Positions 27,201-36,483 of a stretch of 54,586 bases of DNA are shown piece by piece (the stretch's first letter is position 1; each line of letters opens with the position of its first letter). Position numbers and translations under genes: made by a program. The DNA lies in the IMG/VR virus record IMGVR_UViG_3300017777_002652, positions 1 to 54,586 of that record; one strand, written 5' to 3'. Below the pieces are notes generated by a model. It saw only the letters and a program-made list of their open reading frames with translations, did no database searches and had not been told where the DNA came from. The DNA comes from a virus. Lineage: Duplodnaviria > Caudoviricetes.

Positions 27201-27406
27201 GGACTCATATCTGTTTTTGCGTGCGCTATATCACCACCTACCGTGATAATGGTTTTATCTGTTACGATGCTTTTTATATCTGTTTCAAATTGCTTAAAAA
27301 TATACCTATACTCCTTGTGCCGTTTCCAGTTCCTAATATGGATGTCTGCGCAGTGTATAATATTGCGAACTTCCGTTAGGTTCGTTTTTATCTTTTTCAC
27401 TTTCAT
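24224..27406 (-). CDS. Mre11/SbcD-Rad50/SbcC fusion (T4 gp47-gp46-like) recombination nuclease-ATPase
   Basis: Phosphoesterase motifs ADIH, GGD, AGNHD, YHG, GDIH; Walker A AANHTGKS; Q-loop SLQ; zinc hook CKYC within coiled coil; signature ASGME; Walker B IAIDEG; ISH. Confidence 0.93.
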   Translation of the reverse strand: MKVKKIKTNLTEVRNIIHCADIHIRNWKRHKEYRYIFKQFETDIKSIVTDKTIITVGGDIAHAKTDMSPELVQLMQDFFTMLTSLAPTIVIAGNHDANLNNANRLDAISPVVKALNNPNLYYLKDTGLYQVADCLFSVFSVFDTPDKYVKAEDIKGTYYKKIAMYHGTVGNSQTDTGMRLTSGLDIKAFDGYDIGLLGDIHKRQVLQSDPLVFFPGSMIQQNFGESYTDHGYAVLDLEHNTSHFVDIQNPYGYCTVHVEDGNLPSQLEMDNLNITANTSLRLKTRNTTPAELKRAMATLRKLYKVRPVTIQQLDKVNSAMLAEFTEYSSADVWNVEYQNKLLTQYFEDQHVDDETIEIILKLNKQLNGNLQNTEHARNIVWRPKRFEFSNMFSYGEDNIFDFTDKQGIYGLFAANHTGKSALLDAMCFCLFDESFRAARADQVLNNTKTSFRCKFNFELDGVDYFIERTSSMYKYGPLKGKQKVDVDFWHIDETGAEISLNGEQRRDTNKNIQSFIGTFDDFILTALSLQNNSSNFIDKTQSERKDLLANFLDLKVFDKLYDICSDDIKSTLTVLKEYEKQDFQTMLGDSEGKRDILAEAYTIITAKVQAEQANADNLNVQIVDLAGKMAQIEGAGLDPAELARKHKATLQELTAQQGKLAAMKANIGQEESELTNHLQDYKKQDGSQLELAYTQYAEKVSKLEAIELELREHRQTVTHKLDKLKKLETHEYDPNCKYCINNEFVKDAMATKESLEAQKIEVQEILARKAVLAEYTKAHEGITTRYDSYKTLKQLVDKHTNSIKQKKQLYVSAESKIATTELQLDRIADQQDIYNRNQQAIQRNNQLKEEIALLKEEYQLKVDEVVLLTAQQQECYANLQVSIKEISNCEKSIKHMQELSEKAYAYDYYIKAISRDGIPYKLISKAVPYIETYVNGMLAQVSDFTLQLETDGKNINVFINYEDRKWPLELASGMEKFIASLAIRIALIKISNLPRPDFIAIDEGLGVLDSSNLNSMHMFFTNLKDLFALTLIISHIDVVRDMVDKVITIDRREGLSYINN

Positions 27407-28329
27407 AGGCTAAATTTAATTGTTAGCAAATCCCCAAATGTAAACGGATCTGTGTTGTTGATTAGCTCTTGCATCTTTTCATAACCCAGTTCGCTTGGAT
27501 CACTCTCGCCTAAATGTACTAATCTCACATCAACACCGTTATTCATAAAATACTCAGCTGCTTCGATAGCTTGCTTCTTGGCATCACCATCGAGTGCTAT
27601 ATTTACCTGCTTCACTCCTTTCAGTATGATCGTTTGCTTTAGTTTGTTTGATATAATTTTCCCAAACAAAGGTATTGAATTTGTGCCGCAAGCCACAGCA
27701 TCAAAACTCCCTTCGACAAGTGTTACTGGGAATTTCCAGTTAATTAAGTGCTCAAATCCGACTAGATCTTTACTTACGTTTGGGTTTTTATGATTGACCC
27801 TAGACGCTTCATAGTAGCTTCTTCCGGTAAAAAAGTTAAGATTATGTGCACTATCATAGCTTGGTATTATAATCATACCATTATACTCCCCTGCATCGCA
27901 GTACCCTATATTATATCTTAGGATGTCTATTGGCTGCAGTCGTCTTTTACTAATTATGTAGTTTATTGCGTTTTTGTAGTCAGGGTCTGCTCTAGAGATA
28001 TATAGTGGTTTGAAACTTGTTGGAAGAGCTACGACCTTCTCTGCTACTGTCTTTGTTGACTCGCTTTGCGATTCTTTACTTGCAGCCGCCACTTTCATAA
28101 CCAGATCACGAGGAGCTTCAATCTTCTTAAATAGACTAGTAAGATTTCTCCCTCTGACATTGCACACCCAACAATGCCACTTCCTCTTGTCTAAGTTTAC
28201 TTGTAGTTTCTTCTTATAATGGTTACAAAACGGGCAATGATAGCTATACTCACCTTCTTTCTTATGCTCAATGCACTCACCTAACTGGCTTCTTAACGCC
28301 TTCAACAGAACCTCATCTGTAACAGTCAT
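27403..28329 (-). CDS. DNA primase (Zn-binding plus TOPRIM)
   Basis: CPFC...WHCWVC; IIIPSYD...FTGR; LVEGSFDA; ALDGDA; DPSE. Likely start ATG 28329 (track start 28365). Confidence 0.92.
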   Translation of the reverse strand: MTVTDEVLLKALRSQLGECIEHKKEGEYSYHCPFCNHYKKKLQVNLDKRKWHCWVCNVRGRNLTSLFKKIEAPRDLVMKVAAASKESQSESTKTVAEKVVALPTSFKPLYISRADPDYKNAINYIISKRRLQPIDILRYNIGYCDAGEYNGMIIIPSYDSAHNLNFFTGRSYYEASRVNHKNPNVSKDLVGFEHLINWKFPVTLVEGSFDAVACGTNSIPLFGKIISNKLKQTIILKGVKQVNIALDGDAKKQAIEAAEYFMNNGVDVRLVHLGESDPSELGYEKMQELINNTDPFTFGDLLTIKFSL

Positions 28330-28333
28330 GTTA

Positions 28334-28678
28334 TTATTTTTTAAGTAGCTTGAGTAAATCCTCAAACTCTAGTGTACAATAGACCTTACTGCTATTTTTC
28401 TTAAATACCAACAGTGGCATTGATTTTTCAGTTGAATTCTTTGATGCTTGATCCAAGGATTCCCATAGATTTAGTCGCTCTTGATTCTTACACTCAACTG
28501 CAAAAGGAAACAATCTCTGGGCTAGAGGTGATAATAACACATCAACTCCGGATGCTCCCATTGAGGTACTTCTTACGTCACCCTCCTCTAGCTGCTCAAA
28601 AGTTTCCAAAACTTTATCTCTCACGTGTTGTTGTAATCTTCTTCCTTTTGCCTTGCGGGATTGTACACTCTTTGCCAT
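28334..28678 (-). CDS. Holliday junction resolvase-like PD-(D/E)XK nuclease
   Basis: SRKAKGRRLQ...GVDVLL...AVECKNQERLNLW...QA...PLLVFKKN. Confidence 0.82.
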   Translation of the reverse strand: MAKSVQSRKAKGRRLQQHVRDKVLETFEQLEEGDVRSTSMGASGVDVLLSPLAQRLFPFAVECKNQERLNLWESLDQASKNSTEKSMPLLVFKKNSSKVYCTLEFEDLLKLLKK

Positions 28679-30327
28679 TATCTATCAAATTTTATAACAT
28701 AAGTCATGTCGATGTTGTCTAATTTCTCTACTGGCTGAGGCAGCTTAGCTGCTACTAGTAAATTTCCAAAGTCATCATACAGACCTATTGATGTAACATA
28801 CGGATTAAAATAACTTTCTGTAAACATTCCTCTAATCTTTTTTGTACGTGTAGCTGGATCATACTCAGTTAGTGATGGATTCATACTTACATTGCACTCC
28901 CCAGCTGGCGATGTGCATATAACTTGATATTCATATATCGTATGTGTTCCACGAACTCTTGCTGCCGTTACGCTGTAGTCTGCATATTTTGGATCGGTTA
29001 TGGCAATCATACCGTGCTCATAGAATACATTACCAACACTAGTTGTATTGCTACCACTTAATGCAGCTAAAGTGGATATTTGTGCCGTTGTTGGTGTCTT
29101 CTCAATAAATAGTACTTCCGATACACCCCCAGTAAAGTACTTACTGTCACCACCCAAAGAGCCTATATACACATACGAGCTATTAATTGGTTGATCCAAT
29201 GCTGCATCTGTTATGTCTGTTGCTGTCTGTTGTACTGCACCATCTACATATAGCTTAACAGTTGATCCTGATTTTGTATATAGGACATGGTGCCAAACAT
29301 TTGCTAGTAGTGCTGAAGAGGTTACCGATACGGTTGATCCTCCTGTTGAGCGATCTGCTTGTATGCTAAACCCTGCAGATGAGCTCATCATCTGGATTTG
29401 ATATGGGTATCTGAAACGGTCCGTGTTTGCAAATTCTTGAGTTTGACCATCTTGTGTGTACCCTAGGTATCTATACCTTCCGTTCTTGGTCAGTATGCTG
29501 CTTGTCGGCGCTGCATTATTGCTTGCTGCATAGACCATTAGGCTAATACCAAAGTCCTTCTGCCTAAAGTTTAGGTAATCTAATTGCTCATTTTGCCCTA
29601 ATGGTACTACTTCGATCGAGCTTGATAGCGGTGCTGTGAAGTACGCAGCAGATCCAGTGTTCAAGTTTGGATAGGTAACATAAGTAGCTTCCGATGGTAC
29701 AACATTTGATAAATTAAATGTGTACGGAAAGTCTCCTTTGTAATAATCTCTAGTGTAAGTTACCCCTCCAGAACCTATGTCTATGTATTTATGCAGGTCG
29801 TAGAATTGCCAATGAGTAAGTTGATCATCGAAGCTTATAAGGCTTGAGGTATACTGGTCGTTTGCTGCTAAGTTTAGATTACCGTACTCATCATCATATA
29901 AGTTGAATATACCATGAGCACCACTTATTGTTAGCCTTACACTGTCTTTTAAGATGCCTTCTCCTACACTGTTTGCTGATATTCCAACTATCTGCGCCTT
30001 TTGTCTTAGATCTCTTGTCTGAAGGCTTATATTTGGGTTGCTGAAGGTTTTGTACGGGCTCTTATAGTAATCTCTATAAAAAATATGATCAATTGAATTC
30101 CAAACCACTCTTTGAAAATACCCTCCACTAGTTGTGGGTTCAGCTCCTACTATTCCTGGGTTGCCCAGGTCAAAGGTATCAATAAAGACACCACCATTGA
30201 ATGAACTTCTTATACCATAACTAGCTGTATAAATTGAGAAATCACCTAGGTTATTCCACTCCTTATACGCTTGAAATGGAGTTATAGATATATCAGACGG
30301 CTCTAATGATCTAAAAACTCCTGCCAT
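28678..30327 (-). CDS. Tail/baseplate protein with LamG (ConA-like) domain
   Basis: WHHVLYTKSGSTVKLYVDG...YIG...FTGGVSEV; C-terminal PYVTSIGLYDDFGNLLVAAKLPQP. Confidence 0.8.
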   Translation of the reverse strand: MAGVFRSLEPSDISITPFQAYKEWNNLGDFSIYTASYGIRSSFNGGVFIDTFDLGNPGIVGAEPTTSGGYFQRVVWNSIDHIFYRDYYKSPYKTFSNPNISLQTRDLRQKAQIVGISANSVGEGILKDSVRLTISGAHGIFNLYDDEYGNLNLAANDQYTSSLISFDDQLTHWQFYDLHKYIDIGSGGVTYTRDYYKGDFPYTFNLSNVVPSEATYVTYPNLNTGSAAYFTAPLSSSIEVVPLGQNEQLDYLNFRQKDFGISLMVYAASNNAAPTSSILTKNGRYRYLGYTQDGQTQEFANTDRFRYPYQIQMMSSSAGFSIQADRSTGGSTVSVTSSALLANVWHHVLYTKSGSTVKLYVDGAVQQTATDITDAALDQPINSSYVYIGSLGGDSKYFTGGVSEVLFIEKTPTTAQISTLAALSGSNTTSVGNVFYEHGMIAITDPKYADYSVTAARVRGTHTIYEYQVICTSPAGECNVSMNPSLTEYDPATRTKKIRGMFTESYFNPYVTSIGLYDDFGNLLVAAKLPQPVEKLDNIDMTYVIKFDR

Positions 30328-30338
30328 GAGTTGTTATA

Positions 30339-31352
30339 TTAGTAGCTTAACTTGACTTTTATAAGCGCTTCACGACTAAATGTTTTTAGTAGTGGTTTAG
30401 ATAGCTTTGCCACAGCTACAAGCTCGCTATTGTCGTTGTATAAACCAACGGTAGTAATATACACTTTTGGATCACCAATCATATCTTGGAACCTTAGCTT
30501 ACCTACCGAACCTGTCACAAATGTTGGATTATTGCTAAAGTTATTATCCCTAGATTTAATTCTAACAAAATATGAGTTTGATTTAATCTCCTGTTCATTT
30601 CTTGCAGCAAAGTATGATGATGCGGAGATGTGTCTAAATAGTTTGAAGTGGTTTCCTGCTTGGACTGATCCAGTGTTTGTTGCCAGAGATGCAGATGCAT
30701 CTAACGCTCTTGCGTTTAATACGAAGATGCCTAAGTCTGGGTAGAATAGGCCGTATACTGTTGCATCAGAGGCAGTTACAGTACCAGAACCGGATATAAT
30801 GTTGAACACCTGACCCGATCCGCCTTGTACTGGTGCTAGACCTTCACCACTATCGTCAATTAACTTTAGTGGATTTGTTGCACCAGATATGTGCAGTTCC
30901 CAGTTACCTGGATCTAGTCTTTCCTTATATCTTGACCTAGCTACACTAATAAAGTAAGCGTCATTAGGCGTTACACTACCAAAAGTAAAGCCGTCATCGT
31001 TTGGTGGCAGTAATATGTTTTTATACTGACTGTAGATTGCTCTAGAGGGTGTATCATTCGCATTACCTCCTACGATTGTTGGATCTCCTAAAGAGCCGCT
31101 TCCTAATCTATTACCGTAAGCAATTGAAAATTGCAGTTCGGAGGTCTCCGCACTAGTTACTGGATTTCTTTGAAAAACAGAAACGTAATAGTCTCCTGAG
31201 GATGCCGATTGTGCTGATGATGTGAAGAACCCAATTCCAGCAGAACTCTGCGATAGTGGGTTTAAATTCTCAGACCAAACAGGCTGTGTTACGATTTCTA
31301 GATCGTCTTTAATTACGTCTTCGTCTTGGTTGAATGATCTAAATATGCTCAT
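30339..31352 (-). CDS. Tail/baseplate structural protein
   Basis: C-terminal VYITTVGLYNDNSELVAVAKLSKP, paralogous to the end of 28678..30327. Confidence 0.75.
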   Translation of the reverse strand: MSIFRSFNQDEDVIKDDLEIVTQPVWSENLNPLSQSSAGIGFFTSSAQSASSGDYYVSVFQRNPVTSAETSELQFSIAYGNRLGSGSLGDPTIVGGNANDTPSRAIYSQYKNILLPPNDDGFTFGSVTPNDAYFISVARSRYKERLDPGNWELHISGATNPLKLIDDSGEGLAPVQGGSGQVFNIISGSGTVTASDATVYGLFYPDLGIFVLNARALDASASLATNTGSVQAGNHFKLFRHISASSYFAARNEQEIKSNSYFVRIKSRDNNFSNNPTFVTGSVGKLRFQDMIGDPKVYITTVGLYNDNSELVAVAKLSKPLLKTFSREALIKVKLSY

Positions 31353-31384
31353 TGCTTTTTATTATATTTATCGGTTGTATTATT

Positions 31385-32098
31385 TTATACTGTTTGAAAT
31401 CCGCTGTTTGGGTTAATTCCAACTTGCTGAACATTAACAACTTGCAAAGTTTCCAACACTGTCGGTACGACAATAATTGACACTGTTTCAAACCCACCAG
31501 TCTCATTACCAAATATAGTCACTACAGCCGATTTGTTTACATTAGTTGAGTTTTGTTTAGCGGTAACTCTAAAAGATATGCCAGTAACGGTTTTGCTCTG
31601 AGGTAGGCTTCCTTCACCAATAAATGATGGAGTCGTTGCTTGCGCTCCTGCTGATGGTGCTGCCACAACAACCTCAATGTCGGCAACTGTTTGATCAGAT
31701 ATAGTTGCTGTATACCCTAATGCGACATTTGAATTTGCGCTGTTCACCGTTGTTGGGTTTAATACTACGCTTTGGCCGACTGAGGTTAGTGTCTGTGTTC
31801 CACTTGGCAATATTTGTATAACCGGTATATTTTCTTGACCTTTTGGCAAGGTGATTAGCTTAAACCTCATCATCTGACTTTGATCTGGAACGGCCTCGAG
31901 GATTGGCATGTTTTCAATCACAGCACCATAGTAGTTGCTACCTAATGTGTGTGTTGGATTATATAGGTCGTAATCAACCTCATCATCTGCCAATGCAAAT
32001 CGAGTAATGTTTAACTGTCCAGATCGTGCTAGAATCTCTCTACCTTTTTTGGTCAAGATTGCATCCACTGTTACTGTACTATTGTCTAAGTATGCCAT
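31385..32098 (-). CDS. Tail/baseplate structural protein
   Basis: N-terminal DAILTKKGREILARSGQLNITRFALADDEVDY, then an Ig-like beta domain. Confidence 0.75.
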   Translation of the reverse strand: MAYLDNSTVTVDAILTKKGREILARSGQLNITRFALADDEVDYDLYNPTHTLGSNYYGAVIENMPILEAVPDQSQMMRFKLITLPKGQENIPVIQILPSGTQTLTSVGQSVVLNPTTVNSANSNVALGYTATISDQTVADIEVVVAAPSAGAQATTPSFIGEGSLPQSKTVTGISFRVTAKQNSTNVNKSAVVTIFGNETGGFETVSIIVVPTVLETLQVVNVQQVGINPNSGFQTV

Positions 32099-32114
32099 AG
32101 GTTTTTGTCTTTAT

Positions 32115-32122
32115 TATAAATA
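32115..32122 (-). promoter_or_regulatory. Putative late promoter element TATTTATA
   Basis: 16 nt upstream of ATG 32098. Confidence 0.6.
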
Positions 32123-32136
32123 TACCCGTTTTTATT

Positions 32137-35100
32137 TTATTCCACTTGAAAGTTGGTATTTCCTAGCTGTGTTCTTGATATTTGTTGTAAAATATTTGGA
32201 TTCACCGTGGTTACAGTAATTACTGGACCTCCATCGGCTGTATCATCACTGTCTATATTAAAATCTTGACTCACTTGTTGTGTTCCTTTATATAACTGTC
32301 TTTGTTTTCCTTCGTATAAGAAGTTGTAATCAGATACTCTTGCCTTCTGTTTTATATAAATAGTCATGTTGTCTACCAAAACGTACTTATCTGCGGCAGC
32401 TGCTCCGGTGAATACAAACTCCAACCTATCGGCTGGATAGCCAGTTGGTGTTCTGAATGTCTGGGTTGTTTGTGCTGTTGGTAATGTTCCTGCTGTATAT
32501 GTAAACACTGATGTGCTTCCAGAATATAAAGTAACTGTGTGTGATGGATTTGTTCCTGCTGATCCAGATACTTGGGTTGTGTAGCTTGCATCGAGGTAGA
32601 TTGCTCCATCATTCCCTGGTACCGTTATGCTCATAGACGCTACAGAAGTACCGCCAGTGTTTAGTGTCTGCGTTACCAAGGCTTGATCTGTTGATATATA
32701 CTGCATTCTGTATGCAGCTATATCAAATCGATTTGTTATATCAGTCAAAGATGCGAATGATGAGCTGTTGAATGATCCTGATCCATTAAACATATCAACA
32801 GTAACTGTCACACCATTGCTTGTTACCAAATCGAACAACTCAGACACTCTGCTTGACGTTATTGTTGGTTGGAATGGGTTTCGCTGCCAGTATGCGTTTA
32901 ATGAGCTCGTCCATGTAGATCCACTATATATGGTTTCTACATAAGTGTATTGTGTTGGTGTGTATGCATCAGTCACAGTCGCATCGCCTTCTGGGAAGGT
33001 TCCGCCTACCAGTGCCGTAAATGTTTGAATATTTGTGTACGGATTGGCCTGTGCAGATATTGCTAATACATTTTGCTCAATTGAACCTGAGTAAACCTCG
33101 TATGATCCTGTTGTTGTTACTACCGATGCTGATATTTCAAAATCAAATGCATAATATCCTTCAGCTAGGCTCTCCCCTGATGCATCAGAGACAATACCAA
33201 CTACGGTTGGCTGTAATACACTAGTATCGATTGATGATGAATATGTTGCGTCTGCAAAGACTGGTTGATTAGTTGGAAGCTTCGGTCTTTCTAATATTGT
33301 TGGTTCTATTACAATACCAGTTTGAAAATTAGCTCTGAGTGGAACTAACTGCTTTGCTATTCTAAAAACCGCATCATCTATTTGCTTTACTCTTTTTAGA
33401 TAATCACCTGGTCTGTTTCTTCCTTTATACTTTTTATCATACGCCCTCTGCATAAGCGTCAGACTTGGATAGCTATCCTTCGATATGTCAGTAGGGTCAC
33501 CAATAAGATCATCTATATTGCTTGCTCCAAACTGCTCGGCAATATCCTGATTAACTTCGTCCTGTGGTGAAAAATATAAACCAAGTCTAGGTGAATCTAC
33601 CGGATAGATATCGTTTGATGATACCTCTAACTTAACATTTCTGCTTAGTACCGGTTTAATCAGCGCATTATCCTCCAGTCTTATCTTGTTTGATATCTGT
33701 CTGTTACCACTTAGGTCTGGCCAAAATAGTGTATGTGATTCCGCGATCGATATGTATTGATTATCTAATGCTGTCGGGAACCCACTAAAACTAGCTAAGA
33801 TACCTACATTTGTGTCTTGGTTTGGATGTTGGGATGCTATCGAGGTTGTGATTGCTGTGTTTATCTTCCTATTATCGCTACCAAAGCAAAATCGCGTACC
33901 CAGGGTATCAAAGCTGGATGTATTAAGTAGTGCTAATGTATCATTATTACCAACGTAGCTCGTAGGTGCTAGGGTGTGCTGATCAAACGTTGATTCGCTT
34001 ATAGGTACTGCCCAATATCTAAACTCCTGTATCGAGCCACTAAAATAAGATGAAGTATTTAAGTTTGCTCCTGCAATATCCAAAGTACCACCATCCATAT
34101 ATGCTTGGTTGTACGATGAGCTTGTTGCACCTACAACCGTTATGCTTGCGCTGTACGTAGCTGCGATCTTGTCGTAGTTTACCTGCTTAATGATTAGATC
34201 GTAGGTGTTGTTATTTAGACCTGATCCTATCTCAACGCCAGTTCTGCGTAACATAAAATTCCACCACTTACCATCAAATACTGGAGCTTGTACCGATGCT
34301 GTCGCGTATCCTGCTGATCCAGATAGAACGAATTGAATGGACGAGGTTGTGTTTGTATAATCTAATTTGACTGCAAAGTCTAGGTTTGATGCAATATTTC
34401 GTTTCTCGATAAGGTGTTGTGTTCGATTACTACCGCTGACTGCCTTAAATCGAAGTTGTATTGTGTCTGGTCTGCCTACTGCCTGTAGTGACTGTGTCAG
34501 GCTTGTCCATGGTACCTGTACGCTGGATATTGCAAATGATTGAGATCCGTATGTATTTACTCCATAAGAGCCCGTACCATAGTATCCTGGGTTGTATTGT
34601 CTAAAATCACCTACATTTAGTGCATAGAAAAATCTATCATAAGTGTAATCCGACACCGTATCGTAAGTCGCTTCGGGACCGCCATACTCGCGGATGCGGA
34701 GCATTGTTGTTGGTATTCCAAAGATATTAACCAAGGCTCTAAGACCTCTTTCCGTTCCTTTTGTCTTTAATAGATATGGTAGATTGTTTATAACTCTTTT
34801 CCAAATCTCTAACTGCTTATCCTTTAATGATCCACTACTATTGTATATGAAGCTGCCTGATGCGTTTGTACCAAGTGCATATTCCCAAAGATCCTGATAT
34901 TTTACACCACTATCGAATGTAATTCCCAAGGACTCACCAATGCTATATATAATGTCCTTTGCAAATCCCTCTGTTATTGATTCTTGCCTATCGTGCACAT
35001 AGGTTAGTTGCTTTACGTACTCATACACCAAATCAAAATAATGACCAGTCATGTTTGTAAACAGCACATATTGGCTGTTTGTTTCATCTTCTTGTATGTG

Positions 35101-36459
35101 TGCTGGTATCGTTTTCTGTAGCGAAAAGCTGTTATTATCATCATACAAAGATGCTGATGCCATTGTACCGTTCAGCCAGTCGATTGCCTCAGAGGACGTG
35201 TAGCTGTACAGTGTGTATGGCTTTGTTGCGTTTTGCTTTGGCCAAGTTGTCGGATAAAACTCACCAAATGATGAGGTCTCATAGCTGCTACTTTCATTGT
35301 ACAAATATCTCTCATACCCATCAAAGCTGCCTAGTATATTATTGAGTTGTATCTGTGTTGTAGTTATGTTGCTTGCCATCGCAGTCGATGCTGTTGCTGA
35401 GCTGCTTGGTAGTCCGTTTAATGCTGTTGTTAGAGTTGTCAGTCTACTGTTGTAAAACTCAATCTGCCTGATTTTATAATCAAAGTTGGCCAAGCGATCG
35501 TATGCCGATCCAAAGTATATAAAATTCTGAAAGTCTCTATAGTCTATGTTTAGTGGTATGCCCTCCGCCATACTTCCGCTGAAGATAGAGTTAATTACAT
35601 TTGCTGATACAAAGGCACTGCCAGTTAGCTCATTATAGGATCTATGTGGACTATTGTTTTTTGACGTAAACCTATCTGCGGCATTAAAGTTAGGTCCCTT
35701 TATCCTTCTTGTTGCTGTTTGTGTTGGTCTTGGTAAAACTACCACCTCCTCAACTGCAGATGTGCTAAGTTGCTGCGATAAGAATACCTGAGTGCCTGTT
35801 ACTGCTGTTGTTGGCAGTGGATTGCTCAGCTTTATAATAATGGAGTGTGGTGCAACTGGATACGTTATGTCGTCCTGGATATAATCAAATACCTCATAAC
35901 TGTTTTGTGAATCCACAAACAGTCTCAACGATGGCAATACCTTTAATTTATCTAAACCAAAAACTCCCTGCTGGAAATAGTTTTTGAAGGCCGCAAACTC
36001 TGCTGTGTTATTTGCAGTTGGTATTACCCTTGCCTCCAACCTATCACTAGATAATTCAACTATGGTCATTCTCTGACCGTTTCCTGCTCCTAATATATTT
36101 CTTAGAAATTTGTATTGTACCTGGAATTTGCCATTTACATACTGTAGTCTTTCTAGGTCTCTAGTTACGTTAAATACTGCAACATTTGGACCATTAGATG
36201 TAAAATCTGTAATGCCAAAATCTGATTCTAGATATACTCCAGTGTAACTGTACACATCAAATAATACTGTGTCGCTTGGATTAATTGACTGATTCTTTGA
36301 GTATGTACCAAATCCTGGTACGTTAGTAGCCATTCCAACACTCATCGTCACCCTTTGTTGCTGCCTCGGTGTAACAGATGAGCTGGGTGCTGTTTGAGCC
36401 TCCACTTGCTGTCTTGTAAAATTACTTACTTCTTCTTCTAATCTGATTGGATTTGGCAT
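32137..36459 (-). CDS. Large baseplate wedge protein (P2 gpI/T4 gp7-like motif plus LamG-like domain)
   Basis: 1440 aa; WKRVINNLPYLLKTKGTERGLRALVNIFGI; FDGKWWNF...FSGSIQEFRYW. Confidence 0.75.
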   Translation of the reverse strand: MPNPIRLEEEVSNFTRQQVEAQTAPSSSVTPRQQQRVTMSVGMATNVPGFGTYSKNQSINPSDTVLFDVYSYTGVYLESDFGITDFTSNGPNVAVFNVTRDLERLQYVNGKFQVQYKFLRNILGAGNGQRMTIVELSSDRLEARVIPTANNTAEFAAFKNYFQQGVFGLDKLKVLPSLRLFVDSQNSYEVFDYIQDDITYPVAPHSIIIKLSNPLPTTAVTGTQVFLSQQLSTSAVEEVVVLPRPTQTATRRIKGPNFNAADRFTSKNNSPHRSYNELTGSAFVSANVINSIFSGSMAEGIPLNIDYRDFQNFIYFGSAYDRLANFDYKIRQIEFYNSRLTTLTTALNGLPSSSATASTAMASNITTTQIQLNNILGSFDGYERYLYNESSSYETSSFGEFYPTTWPKQNATKPYTLYSYTSSEAIDWLNGTMASASLYDDNNSFSLQKTIPAHIQEDETNSQYVLFTNMTGHYFDLVYEYVKQLTYVHDRQESITEGFAKDIIYSIGESLGITFDSGVKYQDLWEYALGTNASGSFIYNSSGSLKDKQLEIWKRVINNLPYLLKTKGTERGLRALVNIFGIPTTMLRIREYGGPEATYDTVSDYTYDRFFYALNVGDFRQYNPGYYGTGSYGVNTYGSQSFAISSVQVPWTSLTQSLQAVGRPDTIQLRFKAVSGSNRTQHLIEKRNIASNLDFAVKLDYTNTTSSIQFVLSGSAGYATASVQAPVFDGKWWNFMLRRTGVEIGSGLNNNTYDLIIKQVNYDKIAATYSASITVVGATSSSYNQAYMDGGTLDIAGANLNTSSYFSGSIQEFRYWAVPISESTFDQHTLAPTSYVGNNDTLALLNTSSFDTLGTRFCFGSDNRKINTAITTSIASQHPNQDTNVGILASFSGFPTALDNQYISIAESHTLFWPDLSGNRQISNKIRLEDNALIKPVLSRNVKLEVSSNDIYPVDSPRLGLYFSPQDEVNQDIAEQFGASNIDDLIGDPTDISKDSYPSLTLMQRAYDKKYKGRNRPGDYLKRVKQIDDAVFRIAKQLVPLRANFQTGIVIEPTILERPKLPTNQPVFADATYSSSIDTSVLQPTVVGIVSDASGESLAEGYYAFDFEISASVVTTTGSYEVYSGSIEQNVLAISAQANPYTNIQTFTALVGGTFPEGDATVTDAYTPTQYTYVETIYSGSTWTSSLNAYWQRNPFQPTITSSRVSELFDLVTSNGVTVTVDMFNGSGSFNSSSFASLTDITNRFDIAAYRMQYISTDQALVTQTLNTGGTSVASMSITVPGNDGAIYLDASYTTQVSGSAGTNPSHTVTLYSGSTSVFTYTAGTLPTAQTTQTFRTPTGYPADRLEFVFTGAAAADKYVLVDNMTIYIKQKARVSDYNFLYEGKQRQLYKGTQQVSQDFNIDSDDTADGGPVITVTTVNPNILQQISRTQLGNTNFQVE

Positions 36460-36475
36460 GCCTTCTTTATATACC

Positions 36476-36483
36476 TATAAGTA
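36476..36483 (-). promoter_or_regulatory. Putative late promoter variant TACTTATA
   Basis: 16 nt upstream of ATG 36459. Confidence 0.45.

Noticed and set aside
12612-27406. Eukaryotic giant virus origin, suggested by the NCLDV-like basic modules and the Mre11-Rad50 fusion
   Set aside because: T4-type capsid, portal, protease, terminase, baseplate and a sigma factor with operon-style overlaps identify a tailed bacteriophage.
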